Positions 1-8,369 of a stretch of DNA of 47,725 nucleotides are shown here, one piece after another (within the stretch, counting starts at the first letter, position 1; every line of letters starts with the position of its first letter). The DNA lies in IMG/VR virus record IMGVR_UViG_3300026986_000001, positions 1 through 47,725 of that record; one strand, 5' to 3'. This DNA comes from a virus. The translations under genes and the position numbers were made by a program. The notes beneath the pieces were generated by a model. It saw nothing but the letters and a program-made list of their open reading frames with translations, was not told the DNA's origin and searched no databases.

Positions 1-99
1 CCCTCGCGGCAAACCTCGTCGATGCCGACCCCGAGGATGTCGGAGGTGGTGCCTGATGGCGGCCGTCGAGAACGTCCGCGAGTACCGCGGCATCGTCGA
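1..99. repeat. Terminal direct repeat, identical to 47627-47725 (circular closure or terminal redundancy; unit length 47,626 bp)
   Basis: Read directly: ccctcgcggcaaacctcgtcgatgcc...gcggcatcgtcga is present at both ends. nt 1-56 is the 3' end of the CDS annotated at 47425..47682, and CDS 56..607 restarts at 47682. Confidence 0.95.
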
Positions 100-607
100 C
101 GCCGCCGAGCCCGGCGACGAAGTCAAGCTGGCTCGTGAGGACTACGACTACGCGAACCCGCTCACTGTCGCCGACATCGAAGCCGACGTGACGTGGCGTG
201 TCCCCTACGGACAGGACTGGCTCACGAAAACGCTCCGCCTCGAAGGGGAACGCGGCGGTGAGTACCTCGTCGTCTACAACGACGCCCTCGACGTCTTCGC
301 GTTCCACAACGACGAGGGTCACCGCATCAGCGGCATCGTCCAGTTCGAGGCCGCCATCAGCGACGAGCCGATGTGGGACGCCGGCGGCAGCGAGGCAGAC
401 CCGTACGAGGAGTTCGGGTTCCCCGTTCCGGACCACGTGACGCCGGCCGCGATTCATGACGCAGTCGAAGCGTGCGAGACGCTCCGCGGCGTCGTCAACG
501 AGCTCGACTGGCCCGTGGACGACAACCACGCTCGTTCACGGGTGCGTGCCCTCGTCTTCGAGGAAAACCTCTACGACCGCCTCGACAACGCGGAGGGCCA
601 GCCATGA
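56..607 (+). CDS. hypothetical acidic protein (183 aa)
   Basis: Long ORF with Asp/Glu-rich haloarchaeal composition. TGATG overlap with the upstream gene, preceded by GGAGGTGG. ATGA overlap with the next gene. Confidence 0.8.
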   Translation: MAAVENVREYRGIVDAAEPGDEVKLAREDYDYANPLTVADIEADVTWRVPYGQDWLTKTLRLEGERGGEYLVVYNDALDVFAFHNDEGHRISGIVQFEAAISDEPMWDAGGSEADPYEEFGFPVPDHVTPAAIHDAVEACETLRGVVNELDWPVDDNHARSRVRALVFEENLYDRLDNAEGQP

Positions 608-735
608 CCGACGACAACGGTGTCGAGCGGCAGGGGCTTGGCACGACCATCACCGGGCCGAGCGACATCCCCCCGCGGGAGGCACGCCAGCTCATCGAGG
701 CAGACGACAGAACCGAGGACGGTGATTCGGCATGA
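604..735 (+). CDS. small hypothetical protein (43 aa, MTDDNGVERQ...)
   Basis: ATG at 604 overlaps the stop of 56..607 (ATGA) and is preceded by GGAGGG. The product is acidic and the stop overlaps the next ATG. The 472 start in the ORF track gives an Arg-rich N-terminus and is unlikely. Confidence 0.5.
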   Translation: MTDDNGVERQGLGTTITGPSDIPPREARQLIEADDRTEDGDSA

Positions 736-1148
736 GCGTCGGCGCGCGCGCGTCGTCGAGCGAGCGCGAGTCCTTCCCGCAGCTCCGCGAGGACCTCGGC
801 GAGGACCCGGCGCGATACCTCGATGTCCCGATGTTTATCGACGGCAACCGCGAGCCGCCGCTGTTCACGGCGTTCGCGCGCATCCGTGGCATCGACCGGC
901 TGGAAGTAGCGAACGCGTGGCTGGCCGTCGAACGGCGTCTCGACCGCGGCCCACGCGACCCTGTCGTGGAGGCGCTCGAAGAACGCATCGCGTACCTCGA
1001 AGAAGCCGGCGAACGCCCGGGGACTGTCCCGACTGAAGAGGGGCCGGAGCGATATCGGCGCCGCGAGATTCGGGACGACGTCGAGTGCGAGTACGACTGG
1101 AGCGAGCAATCAACAGCCGCGGAAGCAACCCTCGGTGATTCAGCATGA
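732..1148 (+). CDS. hypothetical protein (138 aa)
   Basis: Acidic ORF. The start sits in the conserved junction cggtgattcggcATGagc. Confidence 0.75.
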   Translation: MSVGARASSSERESFPQLREDLGEDPARYLDVPMFIDGNREPPLFTAFARIRGIDRLEVANAWLAVERRLDRGPRDPVVEALEERIAYLEEAGERPGTVPTEEGPERYRRREIRDDVECEYDWSEQSTAAEATLGDSA

Positions 1149-1423
1149 GCAAACAAGCGGGCGACACGGTTCTTCGATTGGACCTCAACGCGATGGAGTC
1201 CGAGGTCCTCGAGGACTATCTGGACTACGGCATCGAGAACGACCACCACTACGACGACGGCCTCGTCATCGAGGACGTCGACGAGGAGACGAAACAGGAG
1301 CTCGTCGACCACTGCTACGAGCGGGCGCGACGCGCCAGCCAGCGCGGCGACTATCAGTCCGCGCAGTGGTGTCGGAACGCCGGCTCGAAGGTCGACCGCG
1401 CGGAAATCGAGGTGGTCGCGTGA
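1145..1423 (+). CDS. hypothetical protein (92 aa)
   Basis: Very acidic ORF. Start in the junction cggtgattcagcATGagc. Stop overlaps the next ATG. Confidence 0.75.
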   Translation: MSKQAGDTVLRLDLNAMESEVLEDYLDYGIENDHHYDDGLVIEDVDEETKQELVDHCYERARRASQRGDYQSAQWCRNAGSKVDRAEIEVVA

Positions 1424-2286
1424 TGGCCGACGACGCTGGCCGCGGCGAGTACGTCGAACCACCAACGGTCTACGATGTCGTCGAACTCCCGTCCGCGCAG
1501 AAGTTCAAGGGCTGCCAGCTGTGGCCCGACGGCGAGTCCCGGTGCGACCGCGGAGCAGAGTACGTGTTCGTGTACGCGGCAAGCGCCCACGAGGACGACG
1601 ACCGCCGGCGGAACGCTGTCGCGTGCGGAGAGTGCTGCCCCAAGGTCTCCACGGAAGCGAAGCGCGACTCGGAACTTGCGACCGACGGCGGCCGCGAGAC
1701 GACGCACATCGACGAGGACGACGGCCTCTGGATTCCCCCGCGCCTGCGTGAGTTCGAGGGGCAGGTCGTGTTTCGGACGCCGCGGACGACCATCCAGCAC
1801 TTCGAGTCGGGCGGCGGCCAGCTCGACGCGTACTACCCGATGGTCGACGAGCGCGACTTCGGCGACACCGACGAGATGACGAACCCGAAAAATCCCGGGC
1901 TCGCGCCCCGGACGGTCTCCATCAAGCCGCAAGGCGAGGACCCCGTCGAACTCACCGTCTCGTTCCCACAGGAACAACTCGCCGACGGCGCCGGCGAGCC
2001 AGACAGCATCAACGAGTTCGCGCTCGCTGGCGACTTCGGGTTCATGCGCGTCGAGGGGCCGTTCGAGGTCGACAAGTCCGGCACCAACTGGACGATATTC
2101 CTCCCCGAGAACCCCGACAACCGCGTAGTCCGGACGCTCGACGAGGACGACGAAGGCCTCGCCGGCGTGCTCGTCGCGGACTGCGAGGTCGTCGGCGGCG
2201 GCATCGTCACCAACGTCTGGAACCCAGAAGGCGAGGACGGGCGGCGCCTCACCATCGACCAGTACGCGCGAGGTGGCGAGCGATGA
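1423..2286 (+). CDS. hypothetical protein (287 aa, MADDAGRGEY...)
   Basis: The in-frame ATG at 1423 overlaps the previous stop (TGATG). The part of track ORF 1135..2286 upstream of it is Arg-rich and overlaps a better gene. Product is acidic with Cys pairs (CGECC). Confidence 0.75.
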   Translation: MADDAGRGEYVEPPTVYDVVELPSAQKFKGCQLWPDGESRCDRGAEYVFVYAASAHEDDDRRRNAVACGECCPKVSTEAKRDSELATDGGRETTHIDEDDGLWIPPRLREFEGQVVFRTPRTTIQHFESGGGQLDAYYPMVDERDFGDTDEMTNPKNPGLAPRTVSIKPQGEDPVELTVSFPQEQLADGAGEPDSINEFALAGDFGFMRVEGPFEVDKSGTNWTIFLPENPDNRVVRTLDEDDEGLAGVLVADCEVVGGGIVTNVWNPEGEDGRRLTIDQYARGGER

Positions 2287-3803
2287 CTGAACCGACCAGC
2301 CACCTGACCGCCGTGGACCTCTTCTGCGGCGGCGGTGGCTTCAGTACGGGCCTCGCACTCGCCTGCGAGGACCTCGGCCACGACGTCCGCCTCGTCGCCG
2401 TCAACCACGACACGGACGCCGTCGAGACGCACCGCCGGAACCACCCGTGGGCCGAGCAGCACAACGCGAAGGTCGAGGAACTCCACCCACCGAACGTCAT
2501 CGGCGACGACGACGTCGACCTCCTCGTCGCCGGCCCGGAATGCACGCACTTCAGCAACGCCCGCGGCGGGAAACCAGTCAACGAGCAGCGCCGCGCCAGT
2601 CCGTGGCACGTCGTCGACTGGGTGCAGAAGACCCAGCCCAAAGCCCTCCTCGTCGAGAACGTTCCCGAGCTCGAATCGTGGGGGCCAGTTGACGAGGACG
2701 GCCAGCCGACACGCAACGGCGAGACGTTCAAAGCGTGGGTCGACGCGCTTTGCTCGCTCGGCTACTCGGTCGACTGGGATGTGTTGAACGCGGCGGACTA
2801 CGGCGACGCGACCAGCCGGCGTCGGCTGTTCGTCGTCGGCCGTCGCGACCGCCGCGCGACCCATCCGGAACCGACGCACGCCCGCGACCCGGACGAGGAC
2901 GGCCGTGAACCGTGGCGGCCAGCGGCTGACGTCATCGACTGGACCGACCACGGCACCAGCATCTGGGCGCGCTCCCAGCCGCTCTCGAACAACACGATGG
3001 CACGAATCGCGCAGGGCATTCGAGACCACTGCGACGAGCGCGTCGAGCCGTTCGCAGATGTCCTTGAAGAGTACGGGACACAGCGCGATGTGGAGGAGTA
3101 CGACAAGGACGTTCGGCTAACGACCGAACTGCAGGAGGACATCGTTCCGGTCGCTGACCTTCCCGAGGCTGTCGACGACCGCGAGGAACCGTTCCTCGTG
3201 AAGGCGGAAACCGCGGCCGTTGCGGCCGATGGTGGAGACTCGACGACAATGGTGATGGGCCAGCACTCGAACGCGCGCGCTCGGGACGCGAGCGAGGAGC
3301 CCGTTCCGACCATCGCGACGCGCGGCGCTATCCACTGCATCCACGCGGAGCAGGCGTTCGTGAAGCCGCGGAACCTCCCGCAGCGCGACATCCACTCGAA
3401 CCCGACCTACGAGCCCGAGGAACGGCCGCTGCACACGGTGACCGCGAAGAACCACGACGGCCACCTCGTCAGCCCACACCTCGTCGAGTACGCGGATACG
3501 GACAGCGTCGACGAGGCTCCCGCTGCCGAGACGACCGAGCAGCACGCGCTGTGCGTGCCGGACCTCTACCCGTGGGGGCTCGACCTCCGATACCGGATGC
3601 TCCAGCCGCGCGAGCTCGCCGCGGCGCAGGGCTTCCCCGAGGACTACGAGTTCGCGGGCGACACGAAGGCCGCCCGCACGGCGCAGATCGGGAACGCGGT
3701 GCCGGTGAACCTCGCAAAGGCGCTCGTCACGGAGGCGCTGACCGGCGACGAGCCGAGTCTTCGGACCTACGGCGGTGACGGGGAGGTGTCGGCCAGTGAC
3801 TGA
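2283..3803 (+). CDS. DNA (cytosine-5)-methyltransferase
   Basis: Canonical m5C MTase motifs in order: DLFCGGGGFS (I), GPECTHFS (IV, Pro-Cys), LVENV (VI), TSRRRLFVVG (VIII), a long variable region, then GNAVPV (X). Confidence 0.9.
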   Translation: MTEPTSHLTAVDLFCGGGGFSTGLALACEDLGHDVRLVAVNHDTDAVETHRRNHPWAEQHNAKVEELHPPNVIGDDDVDLLVAGPECTHFSNARGGKPVNEQRRASPWHVVDWVQKTQPKALLVENVPELESWGPVDEDGQPTRNGETFKAWVDALCSLGYSVDWDVLNAADYGDATSRRRLFVVGRRDRRATHPEPTHARDPDEDGREPWRPAADVIDWTDHGTSIWARSQPLSNNTMARIAQGIRDHCDERVEPFADVLEEYGTQRDVEEYDKDVRLTTELQEDIVPVADLPEAVDDREEPFLVKAETAAVAADGGDSTTMVMGQHSNARARDASEEPVPTIATRGAIHCIHAEQAFVKPRNLPQRDIHSNPTYEPEERPLHTVTAKNHDGHLVSPHLVEYADTDSVDEAPAAETTEQHALCVPDLYPWGLDLRYRMLQPRELAAAQGFPEDYEFAGDTKAARTAQIGNAVPVNLAKALVTEALTGDEPSLRTYGGDGEVSASD

Positions 3804-4371
3804 CGACGTCGACGGCGACGCGGAGTCTGGACGGGCAATTTCGCAGGAGGAGTCAAACCGCGAGAAAGGAGCTCGGAACGAGCGTGAGGCCTGTCGAATC
3901 CTCGGCGCTCGCTACCGAGCCGAACGAATCACAACCGAACACGACCCGTTCCATCTCGCGGACCTGATGGGTCTTCAGGGTGGCTTCCCCTTCGCCCTCG
4001 TTCAGGTGAAAACCAACCAGTTCAGTGCCGAATACAGCCGGTACTACAAGGACTGGGCACACCGCAAGATCGACGGCGAGCACACCATCTTCGAGGTGTG
4101 GGTTCGGAAGGACCGTGCTGGCTGGGAGATGCATCGCCTTGACCCGGAGAGCATGGACTTCGAGTGCTACTTCCAGACGTCAACCTGCGACCCGTCGAAG
4201 GTCCGTGACGGGTGGCGGGCTGCGTTCATGGAGGTGACCGACGTTGATGGAGACGGCCGTGGAGGTAATCAGACCTTCAGTTGCGGCGACTGTGGCGGCG
4301 AGTGGGAAAGCTACGACGACCTGCTCGCTCACTACTGCCCGGCTGCGTATCACGTCGGAGGTGAGTTCTGA
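3775..4371 (+). CDS. Hjc-like PD-(D/E)xK nuclease with C-terminal zinc finger
   Basis: KGARNEREACRIL ... LADLMG ... ALVQVKT matches the G-x3-E-R-E / D / (E/Q)-x-K layout of archaeal Holliday-junction resolvases. C-terminal CGDCG...HYC. The likely true start is the GTG at 3796, 7 nt after GGAGGTG. Confidence 0.6.
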   Translation: MTGRCRPVTDDVDGDAESGRAISQEESNREKGARNEREACRILGARYRAERITTEHDPFHLADLMGLQGGFPFALVQVKTNQFSAEYSRYYKDWAHRKIDGEHTIFEVWVRKDRAGWEMHRLDPESMDFECYFQTSTCDPSKVRDGWRAAFMEVTDVDGDGRGGNQTFSCGDCGGEWESYDDLLAHYCPAAYHVGGEF

Positions 4372-5261
4372 TGCCAGACGACCGTGGAACTCCGCAGAAG
4401 AGCGGGCAGAAGGTGTCGGCGTTCCCCTACATCGGGAGTAAGACGTTCCTCGCGCCGTGGATAGTCAACCACCTCGCCGACCACGAGACGTTCGTCGTCC
4501 CGTTCGGCGGCGCTGCGGGCGTCCTACTCAACAAGCCACGGAGCCGCGCCGAAATCTTCAACGACCGAGACGAGTACGTCGTCGAGTTCTTCGAGGTCGT
4601 CCGCGACCAGCCCGAGGCGCTCGCCGAGACCGCGCGGAACATCCCGTACTCGCGGGGGCTCTACAACGAGTGGAGCCGGGAATTCCGCGACCCCGACCAG
4701 ACGCTCGCCACCGACCGCGTCGAGCGCGCCGCCCGCTGGCTGTTTCTCCGGTACGCGAGCTTCAGCGGGCGCTACGGACAGCGCGCCGGCTTCGCAACGG
4801 ACACGCCGCGGAAGGGACCACAGAAGTCCGAGATTTGGGCGCGCATCCCCGAGCGCATCGAGACGCTCCGCGACCGCTTCACGGGCGTCGCCATCGAGTG
4901 CGGCGACTTCGCGGAGGTCATCGAGCGCTACGACGACGGCGACGTGCTGTTCTACTGCGACCCGCCGTACGTCGAGGAGAAAGACAACTACTACCGCGGT
5001 CCGTGCTTCGACCACGCCGCGCTCGTCGAGGCGCTCGACGCCGTCGACGGCGAGTGGGCGGTCTCGTACACGGAGCCGCCGGAGGGCCTGCGGGAGCTCG
5101 CAACCGCCGAGGTCGCCCGCGACTACAACCGCTCGGCCGCGCTCGACAACGAGACTCGTCGCGAACGGCTGTTTCTGTCCTACGACCCAGCCGAGGCCCC
5201 GGCGTTCGTGGATGCGTCGACGGCGCAGGCGACGCTCGGAGGTGGTCACGGTGGCGCGTGA
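4371..5261 (+). CDS. N6-adenine DNA methyltransferase, Dam/D12 class
   Basis: FPYIGSK, VVPFGGAAG (FxGxG), IFNDRD and YCDPPYV motifs in the Dam-family order. Confidence 0.85.
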   Translation: MPDDRGTPQKSGQKVSAFPYIGSKTFLAPWIVNHLADHETFVVPFGGAAGVLLNKPRSRAEIFNDRDEYVVEFFEVVRDQPEALAETARNIPYSRGLYNEWSREFRDPDQTLATDRVERAARWLFLRYASFSGRYGQRAGFATDTPRKGPQKSEIWARIPERIETLRDRFTGVAIECGDFAEVIERYDDGDVLFYCDPPYVEEKDNYYRGPCFDHAALVEALDAVDGEWAVSYTEPPEGLRELATAEVARDYNRSAALDNETRRERLFLSYDPAEAPAFVDASTAQATLGGGHGGA

Positions 5262-5400
5262 TGGATTCGACCGCGGAACTGGGCGCACGCCCTCGTACTG
5301 GCGGACGGCGGGCCGGTTATTCCTCGTTACGCTTGCCGTCCTCCTCGCGGCGGTCGCCGCCAGCCTCGTCGCCTACGTCATCGCGGGGTGGTTGGCGTGA
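5251..5400 (+). CDS. small membrane protein (49 aa, one TM helix)
   Basis: GTG at 5251, 6 nt after GGAGGTG. Hydrophobic stretch LFLVTLAVLLAAVAASLVAYVIAGWL. The upstream part of the track ORF is poly-Arg. Confidence 0.45.
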   Translation: MARDGFDRGTGRTPSYWRTAGRLFLVTLAVLLAAVAASLVAYVIAGWLA

Positions 5401-5657
5401 CGACGTACAACGTCCCCGAGCCGCTGGAGTTCCAGCCCGGCGAGGGCAGCTTCCAGAACAACGTCTACGTGTGCCGCGTCTGCGGCGAGCGGATTACCGG
5501 CACTGAGAACGCCGTCAACCACGACTCCTGCACGCTCGCGCGGCCCTGCCCCGCGTGCGGCAGCCACGCCGCCCGCCCGACGCTCGGCGTCGAGCACGGT
5601 CGCGTCGACGACTGCCCGACCTGCGGCATCGCGTTCCCCGCGAGTGGTCAGCCATGA
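5388..5657 (+). CDS. zinc-ribbon protein (CxxC x3)
   Basis: CRVCG, CPACG and CPTCG pairs. Alternative GTG start at 5397 overlaps the previous stop. Confidence 0.7.
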   Translation: MVGVTTYNVPEPLEFQPGEGSFQNNVYVCRVCGERITGTENAVNHDSCTLARPCPACGSHAARPTLGVEHGRVDDCPTCGIAFPASGQP

Positions 5658-6064
5658 CTGACGACAACGACACGAAGTACAACATCCCCGGCGGCCACTG
5701 GACCGACTCCTCGTCCGAGCGAGCGAGCGACGACACCGACGAGGACAAGAATGACGACGAAGCGCGCGTTAGCCTCGAGTCCCAGACCGTCGACGTCCGC
5801 CACGAAGAGGCGAACCGGCTGGTCCGCTACCGCGTGCGCGTCCAGCACGGCCGCCGGGATCGCTTCCCGCTCGCCACGCACGCGCGCCGCGAGCACCAGC
5901 TCGCCGAGTCCGGCCAGTGGGACCTCGACGGCGACGTCGACTGGGCGGACATCCCGGTGCCCGTGCGCCAGACCGTCGCGGACGTCGTCTCCGGCGTGGA
6001 CTCGCGCGCGGACCTCGACCCCGGCTTCCGCATCTTCGACGACGAAGAGGGTGGTCGTGCATGA
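5654..6064 (+). CDS. hypothetical acidic protein (136 aa, MTDDNDTKYN...)
   Basis: ATG at 5654 in an ATGA overlap with the previous stop. Acidic product. The part of the track ORF upstream of it is Arg-rich. Confidence 0.75.
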   Translation: MTDDNDTKYNIPGGHWTDSSSERASDDTDEDKNDDEARVSLESQTVDVRHEEANRLVRYRVRVQHGRRDRFPLATHARREHQLAESGQWDLDGDVDWADIPVPVRQTVADVVSGVDSRADLDPGFRIFDDEEGGRA

Positions 6065-6403
6065 CGGCAAATCGTCTGACGGGCGTCGGACGAGCGGGCC
6101 GTTGTACGCGAACCTTAATAGCGGAGGCTACGCAACACCCTGACAGTAAGAGAGAGACGCCACTACAAGAACACAAAAGACCGCAGGAGCCGGGGCGTCC
6201 CACCGCCCCGCAGGACCCGTACTCGTCCACTGCTTCTGCGCCGAGGGACTTAGAGTTTGCCCCTTCGACCAGCCACAGCTCTATCCCCGGCGACGTCCTT
6301 CGGGCGCCGGTCACACCCAACCACAGCGCCAAGAGCGGTATGCACGACACCACAACCACCACGACCGCCGACGACGCCGAACAGAAGCCAGTGTGGAATC
6401 GCC

Positions 6404-7230
6404 GTGATACCACGAGCGCCGCTATTGAAGAAGAAAGCCACTCTCCCCTACCCCTGCGGGAGAGCGCAGCCGCCTCGAATCGTGGAAACCCCCACACGGG
6501 AGCGGGTTCAACCAGCCGGACGCTACCGATCGCTGGCAGTGGTGCTTTCTACACACTACTGTACTGGTATCAGTGTAATACTACTACTACCACTCAACCA
6601 ACACAACATCGTGCGAGCGGTACCAGCGCGATACCACGCCCGTCTCGTGTTGAACGTCGGGGTGGCGCGTCATGACCGAGCGCACTCCCGTCGGCTGGCG
6701 CGTTCCCGAAGATGTCTGGGCGGACTTCGAGACGTTCGTCGCCGAGAGACACGGCGCTACGGACGCCTACGTCCGCTTCGAGTTAGAGTGCGCGATGCGT
6801 GAGTTCCTCGACGAAGACGACCTCCTCGCGGAGGCCGAGGACCTCCTCCGCACCCACACGGACCTCAAGGGCCTTTCTTCTTCAACAGTCGCTGGTATCG
6901 GTACTGACCGCTACCGCGGCGCCGACACGAAGAAAGTCAACCACCGGATTAGTAGCAGTCTCCACGAGCAATTCCGCATCTTCGCAGACGAGCACGACGC
7001 CGACTCGTACGGCCGTCTGCTGGCGTCAGCCCTCGACGCGTACACTGACGGCGGTCGCGCCCAACGCATCCTCGACGACGTCGAGCGCCTCGTCACCAAC
7101 AGCGACGGTGGTACCAGTAGTGATACCACGAACGCCGCTGTTGAAAACCCGGCCGACGAGCAGTCGAGTCGTGATACCACGAGCGCGACTGTTGAAAGCG
7201 GGCTTTCAACGCCGGCCGACTCTGGTATCA
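6404..7230. repeat. Family of about 30-35-bp repeats with TGATACCA/TGGTATCA core (at least 4 long copies plus partial copies)
   Basis: Direct copies of gtgataccacgaRcgcSRctRttgaa at 6404-6439, 7120-7154 and 7171-7199. Inverted copy at 6870-6899 (ggcctttcttcttcaacagtcgctggtatc). ggtaccagNNNNgataccacg at 6619-6638 and 7110-7130. Core alone at 6565-6572 and 7223-7230. Confidence 0.85.
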
Positions 7231-7880
7231 GTAGCGACACCGATCCCGAGAACGTCGACATCAAGGCGCGGCTCGTGCTCGGCATCGTCGAAGAACTCCC
7301 GGACGCGGACGCGCTGGCGAACACGGTCCTGCCGAAGTCCGTCCTCGACGACGCCATCACCGAGGTGGTCGGCTCGACGGACCCGACCGTCCTCGAAGCG
7401 TACCGCGAACCCGTGCTCGAACAGCTGGACGCAGCGCCACATCCCCACATCGAGGACCGTTACGTCACGGCGGCGTGGCGCGAAAACCGCACCGTCTGGG
7501 CGGATATGGACAAGGCCGAGCGTATCGTCCTTCTACGGCGGTACGCTGCCGACGACGCTGTCGACCGCCGGCAACTCCGCCTCTGCTTCACGTACCGCGA
7601 GGTGCAAGCCCTCTTCGAGGAGAACGCCTGCGGCGGCCGGCCGAGTCATCAGTACGCGTACGACCTGATGGAGGCCGCCGCCGACGAAGACGGGTTCGAG
7701 TTCGACGAGTTCCACGGCCAGAAGCAGCTCCGCGTGACGCTCGACGAGGTCTCGGACTCGGTTCTCGAGTACGCGTTCGCCCACATAGAGCTGTCCCCGG
7801 AGGACCTCGGGATGAACGGTCGCCTTGAAGACTACGGCGCAGGGAGCCCGCCTGCCCGGGAGGGAGTCGGCGATGACTGA
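6672..7880 (+). CDS. hypothetical protein with N-terminal RHH-like segment (402 aa)
   Basis: Acidic ORF. The N-terminus VGWRVPEDVWADFETFVAERHG resembles a ribbon-helix-helix strand plus helix. It contains the peptide repeat S-x-DTT-x-A-x-VE, encoded by the DNA repeats above. Confidence 0.8.
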   Translation: MTERTPVGWRVPEDVWADFETFVAERHGATDAYVRFELECAMREFLDEDDLLAEAEDLLRTHTDLKGLSSSTVAGIGTDRYRGADTKKVNHRISSSLHEQFRIFADEHDADSYGRLLASALDAYTDGGRAQRILDDVERLVTNSDGGTSSDTTNAAVENPADEQSSRDTTSATVESGLSTPADSGISSDTDPENVDIKARLVLGIVEELPDADALANTVLPKSVLDDAITEVVGSTDPTVLEAYREPVLEQLDAAPHPHIEDRYVTAAWRENRTVWADMDKAERIVLLRRYAADDAVDRRQLRLCFTYREVQALFEENACGGRPSHQYAYDLMEAAADEDGFEFDEFHGQKQLRVTLDEVSDSVLEYAFAHIELSPEDLGMNGRLEDYGAGSPPAREGVGDD

Positions 7881-7931
7881 TGCGTCGCGAACCGGCGGAC
7901 GAACGGAGGTGGATGATGGGACACGGAACTC

Positions 7932-8264
7932 GTGAAGTCCGGGGTGGTCGCGGTGTCGACTAACCCGGCGCGCCTCATCCCGAGCGACCTCGAGGACGTG
8001 CCCGCGAGCGCTCGACTCGTGTACCTCGCGCTCCGAGCGGCCGAGGACCCGCTGACCGTCGAGGACCTCGCAGACGCGACGGCCGTCAGCGAGACGACGA
8101 TCCCGAAGTCGCTGCGCGAGCTGGACGCCGCCGGCATCAACATCGAGTCGACGCGCACACTCAGCGACCCCCGCGTCAACTCCTACATCCTCTCCGACGA
8201 GGAATCCGGCGATGGCTCGGAGGGGTCCCCCGGGGGAGAACGACCAAATCACCGCGGTACCTGA
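7932..8264 (+). CDS. winged-helix transcription regulator (TrmB/MarR-like)
   Basis: ARLVYLALRAAEDPLTVEDLADATAVSETTIPKSLRELDAAGI is a typical archaeal wHTH. GTG start, and the exact start is uncertain. Confidence 0.65.
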   Translation: MKSGVVAVSTNPARLIPSDLEDVPASARLVYLALRAAEDPLTVEDLADATAVSETTIPKSLRELDAAGINIESTRTLSDPRVNSYILSDEESGDGSEGSPGGERPNHRGT

Positions 8265-8369
8265 GCGTTTAACTCGATGGCCGACGCACATTCCTGATAG
8301 AGTTCACCACCCTGCCACGGTGCTCTACTCCTCTCTCGGTCCCGTTCGAAGCGGGGCTGCTCGTTAGTC

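Noticed and set aside
6340-6675. 111-codon ORF (MHDTTTTTTADDAEQ...) filling part of the 600-bp gap and ending in an ATGA overlap with the next gene
   Set aside because: Third-position G+C is clearly lower than in neighbouring genes. The composition is Thr/Ser/Arg/Pro-rich rather than acidic. Its only gene-like segment is the DNA repeat, which also occurs inverted elsewhere. Kept as a possibility in the findings but not called as a feature.
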